DNA from: a bacterium
GTDB taxonomy: Bacteria; Bacteroidota; Ignavibacteria; UBA10030
Direction: 5' to 3'
DNA length: 64,000 nt
Assembly: GCA_043803945.1 (NCBI GenBank)
Contig: JAZDJN010000016.1
Span: 224,812 to 288,811 of the forward strand
Made by a program: the position numbers and the translations under genes. Each line of letters opens with the position of its first letter. Within the stretch, counting starts at the first letter, position 1. Below, piece by piece: positions 38,223 through 48,773 of this stretch. The notes beneath the pieces were generated by a model. The model was not told where the DNA came from and made no database searches. It saw only the letters and a program-made list of their open reading frames with translations.

Positions 38223-39539
38223 TCAGTACTTCCTGAGCATGGAGACACAGAAAAATCCATCGGTGTTGTGTCGATGCGGTAATAATGTATAAGCAAGCGA
38301 GGGGGAAGCAATCCCTTCGAGCGCCGGCAATTTTGAGAATGGAGCACATTCAAACTCCGGGTGCGTGTTGAGAAACCTCTCGACAACGTCTTCGTTCTCA
38401 TCTCTGAACAATGAACAGGTTGCATATACCAGCCGTCCTTGTGGTTTGACAAGAGGGACACATTGACCGAGAATTGCCAATTGCTTTTCAGCCATTGTCG
38501 TGACAAGATCTGACGTGATACTCCACTTCATGCCGGGATTTCGCCGGATCGTGCCAGACCCGCTGCATGGTGCATCAACAAAAACAATATCAAAATATTC
38601 AAGATGATCCCGCTCAAGGTCCGATAGTGTCGCGACGTGTTTGATGCGAATTGTATCAACGCCAGCCCGTTTCATCCGACGTCTGAGTTCATCGAGCCGG
38701 TAGGAATGGATATCCGCTGCTACTATCTCGCCCCGATTTTTCATGAGGGCAGCGAATTCGAGCGTTTTCCCTCCTGCTCCGGCGCATGCATCGAGGAGTT
38801 TTGCCGTGGGTTTCGGATCGATGAGCAAAGGAAGAATCTGACTGCCAGCATCCTGCATCTCAAACCACCCATCTTTAAATGCCGAAAGGCTGAACACATT
38901 AATCCGTTTCTCCAGTGTCAGACAGTTCGGGATTGCAGGATTTTGGTGAGCAATGATGTTTTCACGAGCCAGCCGTTTTTGACATTCTTCTAATGTCGTT
39001 TTCACTGTGTTCACACGGAGCTGAATCGGTGCCTGCTGATTCATTGCTTCACACAACTGTTTTGCCTCGCCGCCATACTCCTTAATAATTTTTTCCGCCA
39101 TCCAATCTGTATAGGAATATCGCAGGGCAAGCTCTTTTTTTAGGTCATCCTGAGTCTCTAATTCCGACTGCCGCAATCCCTCAAGCAGCGAGGGCAAGTA
39201 TGATTTGATGGATGGAGATACTATTTTTTGAAGAACATCATCCGGCGAGAGTTGATGGTTTGCCACCTTGAGAAGATAGGCCGCAATCAGTAAGAGCATT
39301 CTATCATCATATCCCATATCCTTATGGTGTCCGGCGAGCGCCTTCTGAAGGAGATGTTCACACAATCGCAGGTGCCGCAGGACTCCATACGTTCCAGTTG
39401 CAATAAATTTCCGTTCCTGGGATCCGAGATATTTTCGTTTCCGGAAAAAGCTATCGATAACACTATCCGCCGGTTTAGTGGATTCCCGAACCATCAACAA
39501 CAACTCGTGCAAGTGCCCGATAAGCGATTGGAGTTTCAT
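38223..39539 (-). CDS. rsmB: 16S rRNA (cytosine967-C5)-methyltransferase RsmB/Sun (NusB-like N-domain + SAM MTase)
   Basis: NusB-like N-terminus, LDACAGAGGKT SAM motif I, catalytic DAPCSGSG and TCSL Cys motifs. Confidence 0.85.
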   Translation of the reverse strand: MKLQSLIGHLHELLLMVRESTKPADSVIDSFFRKRKYLGSQERKFIATGTYGVLRHLRLCEHLLQKALAGHHKDMGYDDRMLLLIAAYLLKVANHQLSPDDVLQKIVSPSIKSYLPSLLEGLRQSELETQDDLKKELALRYSYTDWMAEKIIKEYGGEAKQLCEAMNQQAPIQLRVNTVKTTLEECQKRLARENIIAHQNPAIPNCLTLEKRINVFSLSAFKDGWFEMQDAGSQILPLLIDPKPTAKLLDACAGAGGKTLEFAALMKNRGEIVAADIHSYRLDELRRRMKRAGVDTIRIKHVATLSDLERDHLEYFDIVFVDAPCSGSGTIRRNPGMKWSITSDLVTTMAEKQLAILGQCVPLVKPQGRLVYATCSLFRDENEDVVERFLNTHPEFECAPFSKLPALEGIASPSLAYTLLPHRHNTDGFFCVSMLRKY

Positions 39540-39599
39540 TTGAACACAAGATACAGAGATTTCACTGTGAGAACAAAACGAGGTTCCAGCGGCTCCAGC

Positions 39600-39725
39600 A
39601 GGGTGCTAAACAAGAAAACCGCCCTGCCTGCCGACTTGTTCGCCGAAGCCTAGCGTAGGCGAAAGTGCCTTCGGCCTGTCTGCCGGAGCGGCAGCGCAGG
39701 CAGGCACGCAGGCAGGCAAGACGCC
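39600..39725. other. GC-rich nested inverted-repeat element between clpB 3' end and rsmB 5' end
   Basis: CCTGCCTGCC ... GCCGAAG-N22-CTTCGGC ... GCAGGCAGGCACGCAGGCAGGC forms an outer and inner stem. Much higher GC than the flanks. The 64-aa Arg-rich ORF 39562..39756 is a composition artifact. Confidence 0.35.
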
Positions 39726-39755
39726 GAGAGCGCCAAGGAAATATTAAATTAAGCA

Positions 39756-42404
39756 TTATTCTTTCGTTGCCGTGGAATTTGGCGTTGTGATGATCTCAAC
39801 CAACCCCCGCTGATCGAGAGAGAGTTGCACCTCATCACCTTCCTTGATTACTCCTTCCAGGATCTTTTCAGAGAGCGCATTGAGGATATACCTCTGAATC
39901 ACCCGTTTCAACGGCCTGGCCCCAAATGCAGGGTCATATCCAACTTTTGCAAGCCATTGTTTCAATTCATCGGAGAAGTTTAGCACGATATTTTGGCCGG
40001 AAGAGAGGCGCTGTACACGCCGTAACTGGACATCAACAATGGATGTCAAATTGGCCAGGGTGAGCGGCTTGAAGAGAATGATTTCATCAATACGATTGAG
40101 GAACTCCGGACGAATAGTCTGTTTCAGCAGATCCAGTAGTTGCACCCGGATATCGCCCATAAGAATTTCCCGATTCTCCTCGGTCAGGAATTGCATCTTT
40201 TCCTGAATGAGGTGCGATCCAAGGTTCGATGTCATAATAATGATGGTATTCCTAAAATTCACTGTGCGGCCTTTGCTGTCCGTCAGCCTACCTTCATCGA
40301 GAACCTGCAGGAGCAGGTTGAACACTTCGTGGTGGGCTTTTTCGATTTCATCCAGCAGGACGACGGAGTATGGTTTCCTTCGGACTGCCTCTGTCAGTTG
40401 ACCGCCCTCTTCGTAACCGACATATCCCGGAGGAGCACCAATGAGTCGTGAAATAGAAAATTTTTCCATGTACTCACTCATATCTATGCGAACCATAGCG
40501 TTTTCGTCATTAAAGAGAAACTCTGCCAATGCCCGCGCAAGTTCTGTCTTTCCCACTCCGGTACTGCCGAGGAAAATAAATGAGCCGATTGGACGTTTCT
40601 CATCCTGCAGGCCGGCACGGCTTCGCCGGATGGCATTTGCCACAGCACTCACCGCATCCTCCTGATCAATCAACCGCTCGTGAATGCGCCCCTCAAGGTG
40701 CAAGAGTTTCTGGCGTTCACTTTCGAGCATTCGCGAAACAGGGATCCCGGTCCACTTTGCTACAATTTCTGCAATGTCTTCGGCATCGACCTCCTCCTTC
40801 AGCATCTTTCGATCTTTCTGAACCTGAGCTAACCGTAAGGATGCATCCTTCACCTTCTTCTCAAGAGTCGCAATAGTGCCATAGCGGAGTTCTGCCACCC
40901 TTCCCAGATTACCGCTCCGTTCCTGCTGCTCCGCTTCCATCTTCGCAGATTCAATTTCTTCTTTCATCTTGCGGATGGCAAGGATCAATTCCTTTTCGAA
41001 CTGCCAGTGTGCTCTTAACTCCGAACGACTCTGGTTCAAATCGGCCAGGTCCTTCTGGATATCGGACAATCGGATGTTCGACTCTTCATCCTTCTCCCGT
41101 TTAACTGCTTCCCGCTCAATCTCGAGTTGCTTGATTTTTCGTTCGACATCGTCCAATTCATCGGGCATCGAATCGATTTCAATTCGGAGTTTCGACGCTG
41201 CCTCATCGACCAGATCAATCGCTTTATCGGGGAGGTATCGATCAGTGATATAGCGATGGCTCAGTTGCGCCGCTGCAATGATTGCCCCATCTGTAATCCG
41301 GACTCCATGGTGTACTTCATAACGTTCCTTCAATCCTCGCAGAATGGAGATGGTATCCTCTATCCCCGGTTCATCCACCAGCACCGGTTGAAAACGGCGC
41401 TCTAATGCCGGGTCTTTTTCGATCTGTTTCCTGTATTCATCAATCGTCGTTGCTCCGATGGCTCTTAAATCGCCGCGGGCCAGTGCGGGCTTTAACATAT
41501 TGGCGGCATCGACTGCTCCCTGTGCCGCCCCTGCTCCGACCAGAGTGTGGAGCTCATCGATAAAGAGGATAATCTCTCCGTTCGACTCTGTCACTTCGTT
41601 CAGTACCGCTTTCAAGCGTTCTTCGAACTGGCCTCGGAAACCTGTTCCGGCAACGAGCGTTCCCATATCGAGAGCGATGATGCGTTTGGTTTTCAGATTC
41701 TCCGGAACATCGCCCTGAATGATCCGATGAGCGATTCCTTCGGCAATGGCAGTTTTTCCTACTCCAGGATCACCTATCAATACCGGATTATTCTTTGTTC
41801 TCCTCGAAAGAACCTGCAACACCCTCCGTATTTCGTCTTCTCTTCCAATGACGGGATCTAATTTTCCCTTGCGCGCAAGCTCATTCAAATCGCGTCCATA
41901 ACGTTCGAGCGCCTGATATTTTTCTTCCGGATTCTGATCGATCACCCGCTGCGATCCGCGGATTTCCTTCAGCGCTTTATAGAGATCATCCTTTGACACA
42001 CCCTGGTCACGCAACAGAATGATCACTGCCGAACTCCGTGCGCCTTGCGTTGCATCTTCAGCCAGGGCAAGAAGCAGGTGCTCAGTACTGACATACTCAT
42101 CCTTCAACTTCAATGCTTCTTGTTGAGCAGCCTCAAGAAGCTGGATGAGTGCGGGTGAAAGATGTTGGCCCGTTATGCCCTGTATCTTCGGAAGCTTTTC
42201 GATCAACTCATTGATTTTGACCATGAGGTAATTCAGGTTGCTGCCAAGTTTTTGAAGAAGAGAAACAGCAATTCCCTCCTTATCCTGGACGAGGGCAGCG
42301 AGCAAATGCTCCGATTCGATCGCTTGATTACGATAACTCGAGGCTATTTCCTGAGCGTTCTGGAGTGCCTCCTGTGATTTGAGTGTGAACTTATTGAAGT
42401 TCAT
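39756..42404 (-). CDS. clpB: ATP-dependent chaperone ClpB
   Basis: Clp N-domain, two AAA+ modules ([13 protein letters not shown]; [14 protein letters not shown]) and the long ClpB-specific middle coiled coil; 882 aa. Confidence 0.95.
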   Translation of the reverse strand: MNFNKFTLKSQEALQNAQEIASSYRNQAIESEHLLAALVQDKEGIAVSLLQKLGSNLNYLMVKINELIEKLPKIQGITGQHLSPALIQLLEAAQQEALKLKDEYVSTEHLLLALAEDATQGARSSAVIILLRDQGVSKDDLYKALKEIRGSQRVIDQNPEEKYQALERYGRDLNELARKGKLDPVIGREDEIRRVLQVLSRRTKNNPVLIGDPGVGKTAIAEGIAHRIIQGDVPENLKTKRIIALDMGTLVAGTGFRGQFEERLKAVLNEVTESNGEIILFIDELHTLVGAGAAQGAVDAANMLKPALARGDLRAIGATTIDEYRKQIEKDPALERRFQPVLVDEPGIEDTISILRGLKERYEVHHGVRITDGAIIAAAQLSHRYITDRYLPDKAIDLVDEAASKLRIEIDSMPDELDDVERKIKQLEIEREAVKREKDEESNIRLSDIQKDLADLNQSRSELRAHWQFEKELILAIRKMKEEIESAKMEAEQQERSGNLGRVAELRYGTIATLEKKVKDASLRLAQVQKDRKMLKEEVDAEDIAEIVAKWTGIPVSRMLESERQKLLHLEGRIHERLIDQEDAVSAVANAIRRSRAGLQDEKRPIGSFIFLGSTGVGKTELARALAEFLFNDENAMVRIDMSEYMEKFSISRLIGAPPGYVGYEEGGQLTEAVRRKPYSVVLLDEIEKAHHEVFNLLLQVLDEGRLTDSKGRTVNFRNTIIIMTSNLGSHLIQEKMQFLTEENREILMGDIRVQLLDLLKQTIRPEFLNRIDEIILFKPLTLANLTSIVDVQLRRVQRLSSGQNIVLNFSDELKQWLAKVGYDPAFGARPLKRVIQRYILNALSEKILEGVIKEGDEVQLSLDQRGLVEIITTPNSTATKE

Positions 42405-42440
42405 TGCTGCAATTCTCCGACATCATCTTGTGAAGAACAC

Positions 42441-42470
42441 CTTCCGATAGAAAAGGCGAGGTTTCCCCCG
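42441..42470 (-). terminator. Probable rho-independent terminator downstream of dnaK (stem AAGGCGGGGG/CTCGCCTT on the - strand, followed by a U-rich tract)
   Basis: + strand reads gaaaaGGCGAGgtttcCCCCGCCTTctct, about 90 nt after the dnaK stop. Confidence 0.45.
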
Positions 42471-42556
42471 CCTTCTCTGTGTTGCTGTGTAATACTACTG
42501 ATTAGATTCAGTGGAATCCGCACGCCACTGCATTTCTGTGCTGTGCAGGAGTGCAC

Positions 42557-44497
42557 TTACTTATCATCAACCACCTCGAAGTCAGCATTCTCAACCTTTT
42601 TTCCAGAATCACCACCTGATTGTTGCTGCTGACTCGCCTCACCGCTCTCCTGAGGACCAGCTTGCTGCTGAGCGCCGGCGGATTTGGCTGATTCATACAT
42701 CTTAGACGAAGCCTCATTCCAGACATTATTCAATGCCTCCATCTTAGCCTTGATATCGGCGGCGTTACCACCTTTTACAGCTTCATCAAGTGCGTTTGCG
42801 GCACTCTCAATTTTCAACTTCACATCAGCAGGCATCTTATCTCCCAGATCCTTAAGCTGTTTTTTTGTTTGGAAGACCAGATTGTCCGCCTGATTCTTCG
42901 TCTCGATTTCCTCTTTCCTCTTTTTATCTTCTGCCGAATGAGCCTGTGCATCAGTTTTCATCTTATCGATCTCCTCCTTCGTCAGACCGCTCGAAGAGGT
43001 GATGCGGATGCTCTGTTCCTTGTTTGTTGCCTTATCTTTTGCAGAGACGTGGAGAATACCGTTTGCGTCGATATCAAAAGTTACTTCAATCTGTGGTATA
43101 CCGCGGGGTGCAGGCGGAATTCCATCGAGATGGAATCGGCCAAGAGTTCTATTATCGAGTGCCATCGGTCGTTCACCCTGAAGGATATTGATTTCAACAG
43201 AGGGCTGGCTATCCGAGGCAGTAGAGAATATTTCACTCTTTCGGGTCGGAATCGTGGTATTCGCCTGAATCATCTGTGTCATCACACCACCCAGAGTCTC
43301 AATGCCGAGCGTCAATGGAGTCACATCGAGCAGGAGTACATCGGTCACATCGCCTGAAAGCACGCCGCCCTGAATCGCGGCACCGACAGCGACAACCTCG
43401 TCCGGGTTCACACCTTTATGACCTTCTCTTCCAAAGATCTCCTTCACGAGCAGTTGGACGCGTGGTATTCTCGTCATACCACCAACGAGAATAACCTCGT
43501 CGATCTGGCTGGGATTCAATCCTGAATCTTTCATCGCTTTCTCAACCGGCGGTACACATCGTTGGATGAGATCTTCAACAAGCTGCTCGAATTTAGCGCG
43601 TGTGAGATTCATATTGAGATGCTTCGGCCCATCGGCAGTTGCCGTAATGAATGGCAGGTTGATTTCTGTTTGCATCAACTGCGATAATTCCATCTTTGCC
43701 TTCTCTGCGGCTTCGCGCAAGCGTTGAAGTGCCATCGGATCCTTGCGCAGGTCGATTCCTTCCTGCTGCCTGAATTCATCAGCAATATATTCCAGAACGC
43801 GCATATCAAAATTATCGCCGCCCAGATGAGTATCGCCATTGGTTGATTTGACTTCAAAAACCCCTTCTCCTAATTCGAGGATGGAGATATCGAAAGTTCC
43901 ACCGCCAAGATCAAACACGGCAACTTTCATATCCTTATTCTTTTTATCCAGTCCATAGGCCAGAGCGGCAGCAGTAGGTTCGTTTATTATTCTTCGAACA
44001 TTCAACCCGGCTATTTCGCCTGCTTCCTTCGTCGCCTGCCGCTGAGCATCATTGAAGTATGCCGGAACTGTAATGACTGCTTCCGTAATCTTTGTGCCCA
44101 GGTAGTCTTCGGCAGTCTGTTTCATCTTCTGGAGAACCATTGCAGAAATCTCAGGGGGTGAATACACGCGGTCGCTTAGCTGTACGCGTGCCGTATTATT
44201 CTCGCCATGAACCACCTTGTAGGGGACGAGTTTCATCTCCTCATTCACCTCGTTAAAAAATCTTCCCATGAATCGCTTAATGGAGAAGACCGTATTCTGT
44301 GAATTCGTCACAGCCTGTCGTTTGGCGGCAGCACCAACAAGCCGTTCCCCCGATTTGGGGAATCCAACGACCGACGGGGTTGTGCGTGCACCTTCCGCAT
44401 TTGCAATCACAACCGGATCATTACCCTCCATTACCGCAACAACGGAATTCGTTGTCCCAAGGTCTATTCCAATAATTTTTGTTGATTTGTTTGACAT
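42557..44497 (-). CDS. dnaK: Molecular chaperone DnaK (Hsp70)
   Basis: [29 protein letters not shown] and other Hsp70 signatures; 646 aa. Confidence 0.95.
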   Translation of the reverse strand: MSNKSTKIIGIDLGTTNSVVAVMEGNDPVVIANAEGARTTPSVVGFPKSGERLVGAAAKRQAVTNSQNTVFSIKRFMGRFFNEVNEEMKLVPYKVVHGENNTARVQLSDRVYSPPEISAMVLQKMKQTAEDYLGTKITEAVITVPAYFNDAQRQATKEAGEIAGLNVRRIINEPTAAALAYGLDKKNKDMKVAVFDLGGGTFDISILELGEGVFEVKSTNGDTHLGGDNFDMRVLEYIADEFRQQEGIDLRKDPMALQRLREAAEKAKMELSQLMQTEINLPFITATADGPKHLNMNLTRAKFEQLVEDLIQRCVPPVEKAMKDSGLNPSQIDEVILVGGMTRIPRVQLLVKEIFGREGHKGVNPDEVVAVGAAIQGGVLSGDVTDVLLLDVTPLTLGIETLGGVMTQMIQANTTIPTRKSEIFSTASDSQPSVEINILQGERPMALDNRTLGRFHLDGIPPAPRGIPQIEVTFDIDANGILHVSAKDKATNKEQSIRITSSSGLTKEEIDKMKTDAQAHSAEDKKRKEEIETKNQADNLVFQTKKQLKDLGDKMPADVKLKIESAANALDEAVKGGNAADIKAKMEALNNVWNEASSKMYESAKSAGAQQQAGPQESGEASQQQQSGGDSGKKVENADFEVVDDK

Positions 44498-44669
44498 TAT
44501 TCTTACTCCTTCAAATGTTGATGCGGTTTACCTCCGCTACGGTACTTCAGTATCATCGATCTGTAGAATTAAAATCGTTGTCTGTGCACTCAACTCCGAT
44601 TGCTTCAGGCACCGATTTCTGTTCACCAGTCATAATGTAGGAATATTTCTCCACTTTGTTACATAAGGA

Positions 44670-44700
44670 AGTCGAGTCCACTCCCACCATGGACTCGACT
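44670..44700. promoter_or_regulatory. Perfect 11-bp inverted repeat AGTCGAGTCCA-N9-TGGACTCGACT between hsp20 (3') and dnaK (5'); CIRCE-like architecture, different sequence
   Basis: Read directly from the sequence, about 170 nt upstream of the dnaK start and about 55 nt downstream of the hsp20 stop on the - strand. Confidence 0.35.
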
Positions 44701-44755
44701 GATGTTACTCATCCTTATGCTGTATGAACTGAGCATGAATCCGAGAAAGGGGACG

Positions 44756-45241
44756 TTATCTGACTTTCACCTCAATCTGTTTGGGCTTGGTCTCCTCAGC
44801 CTTTGGTATAGAGATCGAAAGTATTCCATTATTGTAGACAGCATCGATTTTATCAGCATGGACTTCTGTGGGGAGATTAAAGGAGCGTTGGAATGAACCG
44901 TAGCTCCGTTCAACACGGTGATAGTGCTTATCCTTCTCCTCGCTCTCCTGTTTTTTCTCACCTCTAATTGTCAGGATGTTCGACTCAAGGGTTAATTTTA
45001 CATCCTCCTTCTTAACACCTGAAAGTTCTACCTTGACGATAAACTCGTTATCGCTCTCCGCAATATCGACTGCCGGTGTCCAAAGCGAGAGACTGGTTGA
45101 TTCGTCGGCCTGTGCTCCACCACGGAAAAAGTTTTCGAACATTTTATTGATTTCCCTCTGCATTGTAAAAACGTCAGAGGGCCATGTCGCAAGCTCGCGA
45201 GCTGGATTCCATCGAATAAGTGACATGATGATACCCTCCAT
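44756..45241 (-). CDS. Hsp20/alpha-crystallin family small heat shock protein (copy 1)
   Basis: Alpha-crystallin domain: WTPAVDIAESDNEFIVKVELSGVKKEDVKLTLESNILTIRGEKK...GILSISIPK. The start may be the second Met (MSLIRWNP). Confidence 0.85.
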   Translation of the reverse strand: MEGIIMSLIRWNPARELATWPSDVFTMQREINKMFENFFRGGAQADESTSLSLWTPAVDIAESDNEFIVKVELSGVKKEDVKLTLESNILTIRGEKKQESEEKDKHYHRVERSYGSFQRSFNLPTEVHADKIDAVYNNGILSISIPKAEETKPKQIEVKVR

Positions 45242-45257
45242 ATTTTGAAAATAGTAA

Positions 45258-45673
45258 ATTATGAAATGTGGATAATACGTGATTTATATGATTCGTTTTT
45301 CGTGATACCCAGTGTCAGAACACCATCCACAAACTCTGCCTGGATAGATTCATGATCGACACCAGAGCCGAGAGTGAATTCGCGCCGGTACAACTTTTTC
45401 CCGATCTCGCCAAAGAGCACGGCAGCCTCTCCTCTCCTGGATGTCGATCGTAGCTTGTATCAACAGTTGACCGGATTTGGCCGTCACTTGAATGGCATCC
45501 TTCGAAACACCGGGCATATCGAGTTTCACCACGAAACTTTCCTCGGTCTCAAAGATATCGGCCGAAGGAGTGACAATGGTTTCGGCAAGATCCCGGTATT
45601 TCACCAGTGCCTGTGTTCCAGCCTTCATCAGGGCTGTCTGATTCTTGAATCCCATAATACTTCCTCCAGGCAA
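45258..45673 (-). pseudogene. Hsp20 family gene (copy 2) with frameshift inside a GA-rich tract
   Basis: The track ORF 45350..45673 reads an Hsp20 N-half then nonsense (..IQERRGCRALWRDREK..). The +1 frame continues a bona fide Hsp20 C-half (EAAVLFGEIGKKLYRREFTLGSGVDHESIQAEFVDGVLTLGITK) to a stop near 45258. The shift falls in GGAGAGGAGAGG (+ strand cctctcctctcc, 45426-45440). Confidence 0.6.
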
Positions 45674-46078
45674 TTACTTAATCTCGATTGACTTTGGTTT
45701 GGCAACCTCGGATTTCTTCAGAGTGATCCGAAGAAGACCATTTGATAACTCTGCCGAGATGGACGTGAGATCAACTTCCCGGGGGAGCCGAATGGAGCGT
45801 GAGAAATTCTGGACACGCATCTCATTTAGCAGAATTTTAGCATTCTCCGGTATTTCATAAGCCTTGCGCTCACCACTGATATTCAAAATATCATCTTCCA
45901 CCGACAGCTTGATATCTTCTTTCTTCACTCCAGGGAGTTCAACGAAAATTTGATAGTCATTTTCCTCTTCGGTGATATCGAGCGATGGGCAATGACATGA
46001 ACGAGGGTTATTCTCCGCGGCAAGAAATTCGTCAAAAAGTCGGCTCGTTGTTCTTGGGTATTCAAATCGTACTAGCAT
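45674..46078 (-). CDS. Hsp20/alpha-crystallin family small heat shock protein (copy 3, first gene of the cluster)
   Basis: SLDITEEENDYQIFVELPGVKKEDIKLSVEDDILNISGERK...GLLRITLKK; 134 aa. Confidence 0.85.
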   Translation of the reverse strand: MLVRFEYPRTTSRLFDEFLAAENNPRSCHCPSLDITEEENDYQIFVELPGVKKEDIKLSVEDDILNISGERKAYEIPENAKILLNEMRVQNFSRSIRLPREVDLTSISAELSNGLLRITLKKSEVAKPKSIEIK

Positions 46079-46127
46079 TGGTAACTCTCCTTAGTATTAA
46101 TATTGTTTTTGTTTCACTGCTAACTTA

Positions 46128-46143
46128 TGCAAGCGGTGTGCCA
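46128..46143 (-). promoter_or_regulatory. Consensus sigma-54 (-24/-12) promoter TGGCAC-ACCGC-TTGCA about 50 nt upstream of the hsp20 cluster
   Basis: + strand tgcaagcggtgtgcca reverse-complements to TGGCACaccgcTTGCA, a perfect match to the RpoN consensus TGGCAC-N5-TTGCA, correctly oriented toward hsp20 copy 3. Confidence 0.55.
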
Positions 46144-46407
46144 CGAGAAGCCAGAATATTTTCCTTCAATATTGAGCAATTTGGGATAAACGATAGAATA
46201 ATAATTTCCAACTCAATCCAGGAGCGACAAGATGGCAGATATATCGGTAATGTATTCAGGTCAAGTACGCAAAATTGGCAGTCTTTTTCTGCAATATTTT
46301 CAGATATCCTTGTGGAAAGTTTCTTGATTCTCTTCGCTCTTTTCTTTATCCTCTTTGGTGTTTTTCCTAATTCAGTGAGCTCAGTAATCGTTGAGGGTCA
46401 GAAGGAT

Positions 46408-47973
46408 ATGAGGAGATGGATTATTTTACTGTTACCATTGTGTGTGGCATTATCGCAGCCGCGTCAGATTCCGAAAGAAGAAAGAGTCGGCTATTCTTCA
46501 ATCACCGCAAATGATCTTAGTGCTCATTTACATTTTCTCGCTTCCCAGGAACTGGAAGGAAGGGAGACAGCATACCGGGGACAGAAAGTTGCTGCACGAT
46601 ATATCGCTTCGGTTTTTCAAAAATTAGGATTGAAAGCTATTGGTGACAACGGATCATATTTTCAATCCTTTGACATTTTTGTCAGAAAGGTTGACCCACG
46701 TTCTGCTATAATAGTGCAAACCAGTGGTGGGAAGAGAAACTTTCAAATCCTCAATGATTACCTGACATTTGCCAATCGTGACACTGTGGTTGGCGGCGGG
46801 ATTCTCTTCGTTGGCCGCATGGGGAAAGGGCTTGATTCCCTGACCGAGGAACAGACAAAAGGTAAAATTTTACTGGCGTTTCAACAGAAACAAACAGGCC
46901 CCGTGACAAATACACGTGGAATGAGAATTCCACCGACTAGGCTGCTCCCTAAAAATAACGGCGTTCTAGTGATTGCTGATAAAGATGGATCAGGCTCTCT
47001 CGACAGCATGCGTGATAATTACAGATCGCGGATCGAGAAAGGCACTCTCTCCACCGTGCAGCCAAGACCATCTATGGGGATGGGAAGCCAACTTACTTAC
47101 TCCATCAGCTGGGAAATGGCTGAAACCATAGTGAAAGGGACAGGCCAATCCCTGAGTCAACTTGAAGAATCCGCTTCAAATCAGCAATCCGCAAAACCTA
47201 TGCTGCTGAATGATATCAGCGTCCAGATCGAATCCAAAATGATTTCAGAAAAGGTGACGTCAGAAAACGTTATTGGATTACTTGAGGGAAGCGATCCGAA
47301 ATTAAAAGATGAGTATGTCATCATTACCGCACATTACGATCATCTCGGTGTCGGTGCGAATAGAGTTGTGAATCCAGGTGCTGACGATGATGGCTCCGGA
47401 ACTATCGGCGTGCTCGAGTTGGCTGAAGCCTTTGCCTTAAATCCGGTAAAACCAAAACGCTCCATTATTTTTATGCCGGTGACAGGTGAAGAGAAGGGAC
47501 TTTGGGGATCATCCTATTATACACAGAATCCTATAATCCCCCTCGAGAAGATCATCTCGGATCTCAATATCGATATGATTGGCAGGATTGATCCAAAGTA
47601 CGACAGCTTGAGCAATCCAAACTATATCTATGTTATTGGCTCCAACAGGATAAGCACAGAGCTTGATCAGATACTTGTTAAGGCAAATAAAGAGTCTGAA
47701 AACCTGATTCTGGATTACAAGTACAACGATCCTAAGGATCCGAATAATTTCTATCAGCGAAGCGACCATTACAATTTTGCAAATAAAGGCATACCAATCA
47801 TTTTCTTTTTCAATGGCACGCATGCTGATTATCATCGGCCCACAGATACGGTTGATAAGATTAATTTTGCCAAGATGGAAAAGATCACCAGGCTCATTTA
47901 TCACACTGCCTGGAAAGTGGCTAACGGACAGCATCCGCCCAAAAAAGATGTGAAACAAGCTTCATCAAAGTGA
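46408..47973 (+). CDS. M28 family zinc aminopeptidase, secreted
   Basis: Signal peptide MRRWIILLLPLCVALS; M28 motifs HYDHLG...GADDDGSG, EEKGLWGS, HRPTDT. The track ORF's 141-aa N-terminal extension (from 45985) is rejected. Confidence 0.8.
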   Translation: MRRWIILLLPLCVALSQPRQIPKEERVGYSSITANDLSAHLHFLASQELEGRETAYRGQKVAARYIASVFQKLGLKAIGDNGSYFQSFDIFVRKVDPRSAIIVQTSGGKRNFQILNDYLTFANRDTVVGGGILFVGRMGKGLDSLTEEQTKGKILLAFQQKQTGPVTNTRGMRIPPTRLLPKNNGVLVIADKDGSGSLDSMRDNYRSRIEKGTLSTVQPRPSMGMGSQLTYSISWEMAETIVKGTGQSLSQLEESASNQQSAKPMLLNDISVQIESKMISEKVTSENVIGLLEGSDPKLKDEYVIITAHYDHLGVGANRVVNPGADDDGSGTIGVLELAEAFALNPVKPKRSIIFMPVTGEEKGLWGSSYYTQNPIIPLEKIISDLNIDMIGRIDPKYDSLSNPNYIYVIGSNRISTELDQILVKANKESENLILDYKYNDPKDPNNFYQRSDHYNFANKGIPIIFFFNGTHADYHRPTDTVDKINFAKMEKITRLIYHTAWKVANGQHPPKKDVKQASSK

Positions 47974-47974
47974 G

Positions 47975-48751
47975 ATGTATTCTAAAGAGGAATTACAGCG
48001 CGGTCTTTCGACTCGGTTGATCGGGAGGAAGCTCTTCGTTTTCGACCACATCGACTCGACGAACACGTGTGCTAAAGCGTTAGGCGATGCCGGAACGGAC
48101 GAAGGTGCGGTTGTCTTAACCGATTTTCAGACACAGGGGAAAGGCCGATTGGGCCGAACTTGGAATGCAGAACCGGGATCAAATCTTCTCTTCACGGTGC
48201 TTCTGAGGCCCCAGCTTGCCGAGGAGACTTCCAATCTTCTTACTTTTTTTGCTGCTGTTGCTGTAGCAAAGGCAATCGAGTTCGTCACAAAACGTACTAT
48301 CGAATGCAAATGGCCAAACGACCTTCTGCTGAATGGGAAAAAATGCTGCGGTATTCTGCTGGAAAGCTCTTTCAAAAAAAACAAACTCGATTATTCTGTC
48401 ATCGGTATCGGCCTCAATGTGAATCAGAAGGTTTTTACGCCTGAACTGTCGCTCTCAGCGACTTCTCTTGCACAGGAATGTGAAGCCGAATTTGACCGTA
48501 AGCAACTCTTGCACAGAATTCTCGAACAAATGGATTTTCTCTATGATGATGTTCGTGTCGGACAATTTGATCGGGTCTTATCAGAATGGCAGGAGCGCTC
48601 TTCGATGATCGGCAAATCCGTCACGGTGAGCGGGTATAACAACTCATTCACCGGTACCGTCATGAGTATCAGTACCAATGGCGGCCTTATCATCAAAACT
48701 GCCAGGGGATTAGCAACGGTGTATGCCGGAGATGTTCAAATCAATCAATGA
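47975..48751 (+). CDS. birA: Biotin--[acetyl-CoA-carboxylase] ligase (group I, no HTH domain)
   Basis: BPL catalytic core GRLGRTW, KWPNDLLLNGKKCCGILLE, C-terminal SH3-like domain; 258 aa. Confidence 0.85.
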   Translation: MYSKEELQRGLSTRLIGRKLFVFDHIDSTNTCAKALGDAGTDEGAVVLTDFQTQGKGRLGRTWNAEPGSNLLFTVLLRPQLAEETSNLLTFFAAVAVAKAIEFVTKRTIECKWPNDLLLNGKKCCGILLESSFKKNKLDYSVIGIGLNVNQKVFTPELSLSATSLAQECEAEFDRKQLLHRILEQMDFLYDDVRVGQFDRVLSEWQERSSMIGKSVTVSGYNNSFTGTVMSISTNGGLIIKTARGLATVYAGDVQINQ

Positions 48752-48773
48752 ACAAGTCCCGGAGGAATACTCT

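Noticed and set aside
39562-39756. 64-aa Arg-rich ORF in the clpB-rsmB spacer
   Set aside because: It lies entirely within the GC-rich inverted-repeat element and has a low-complexity R/C/A composition. It is a compositional artifact.
46225-46320. 30-codon alternative-frame small ORF (MADISVMYSGQVRKIGSLFLQYFQISLWKVS) with an AGGAG-like site in the hsp20/peptidase divergent region
   Set aside because: There is no supporting evidence beyond a start codon. It is noted only as a candidate if Ribo-seq data exist.
45985-46407. 141-aa N-terminal extension of the M28 peptidase ORF
   Set aside because: It overlaps the hsp20 copy-3 coding region and the sigma-54 promoter on the opposite strand and is AT-rich and hydrophobic by composition only. 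The internal ATG at 46408 gives a canonical signal peptide.
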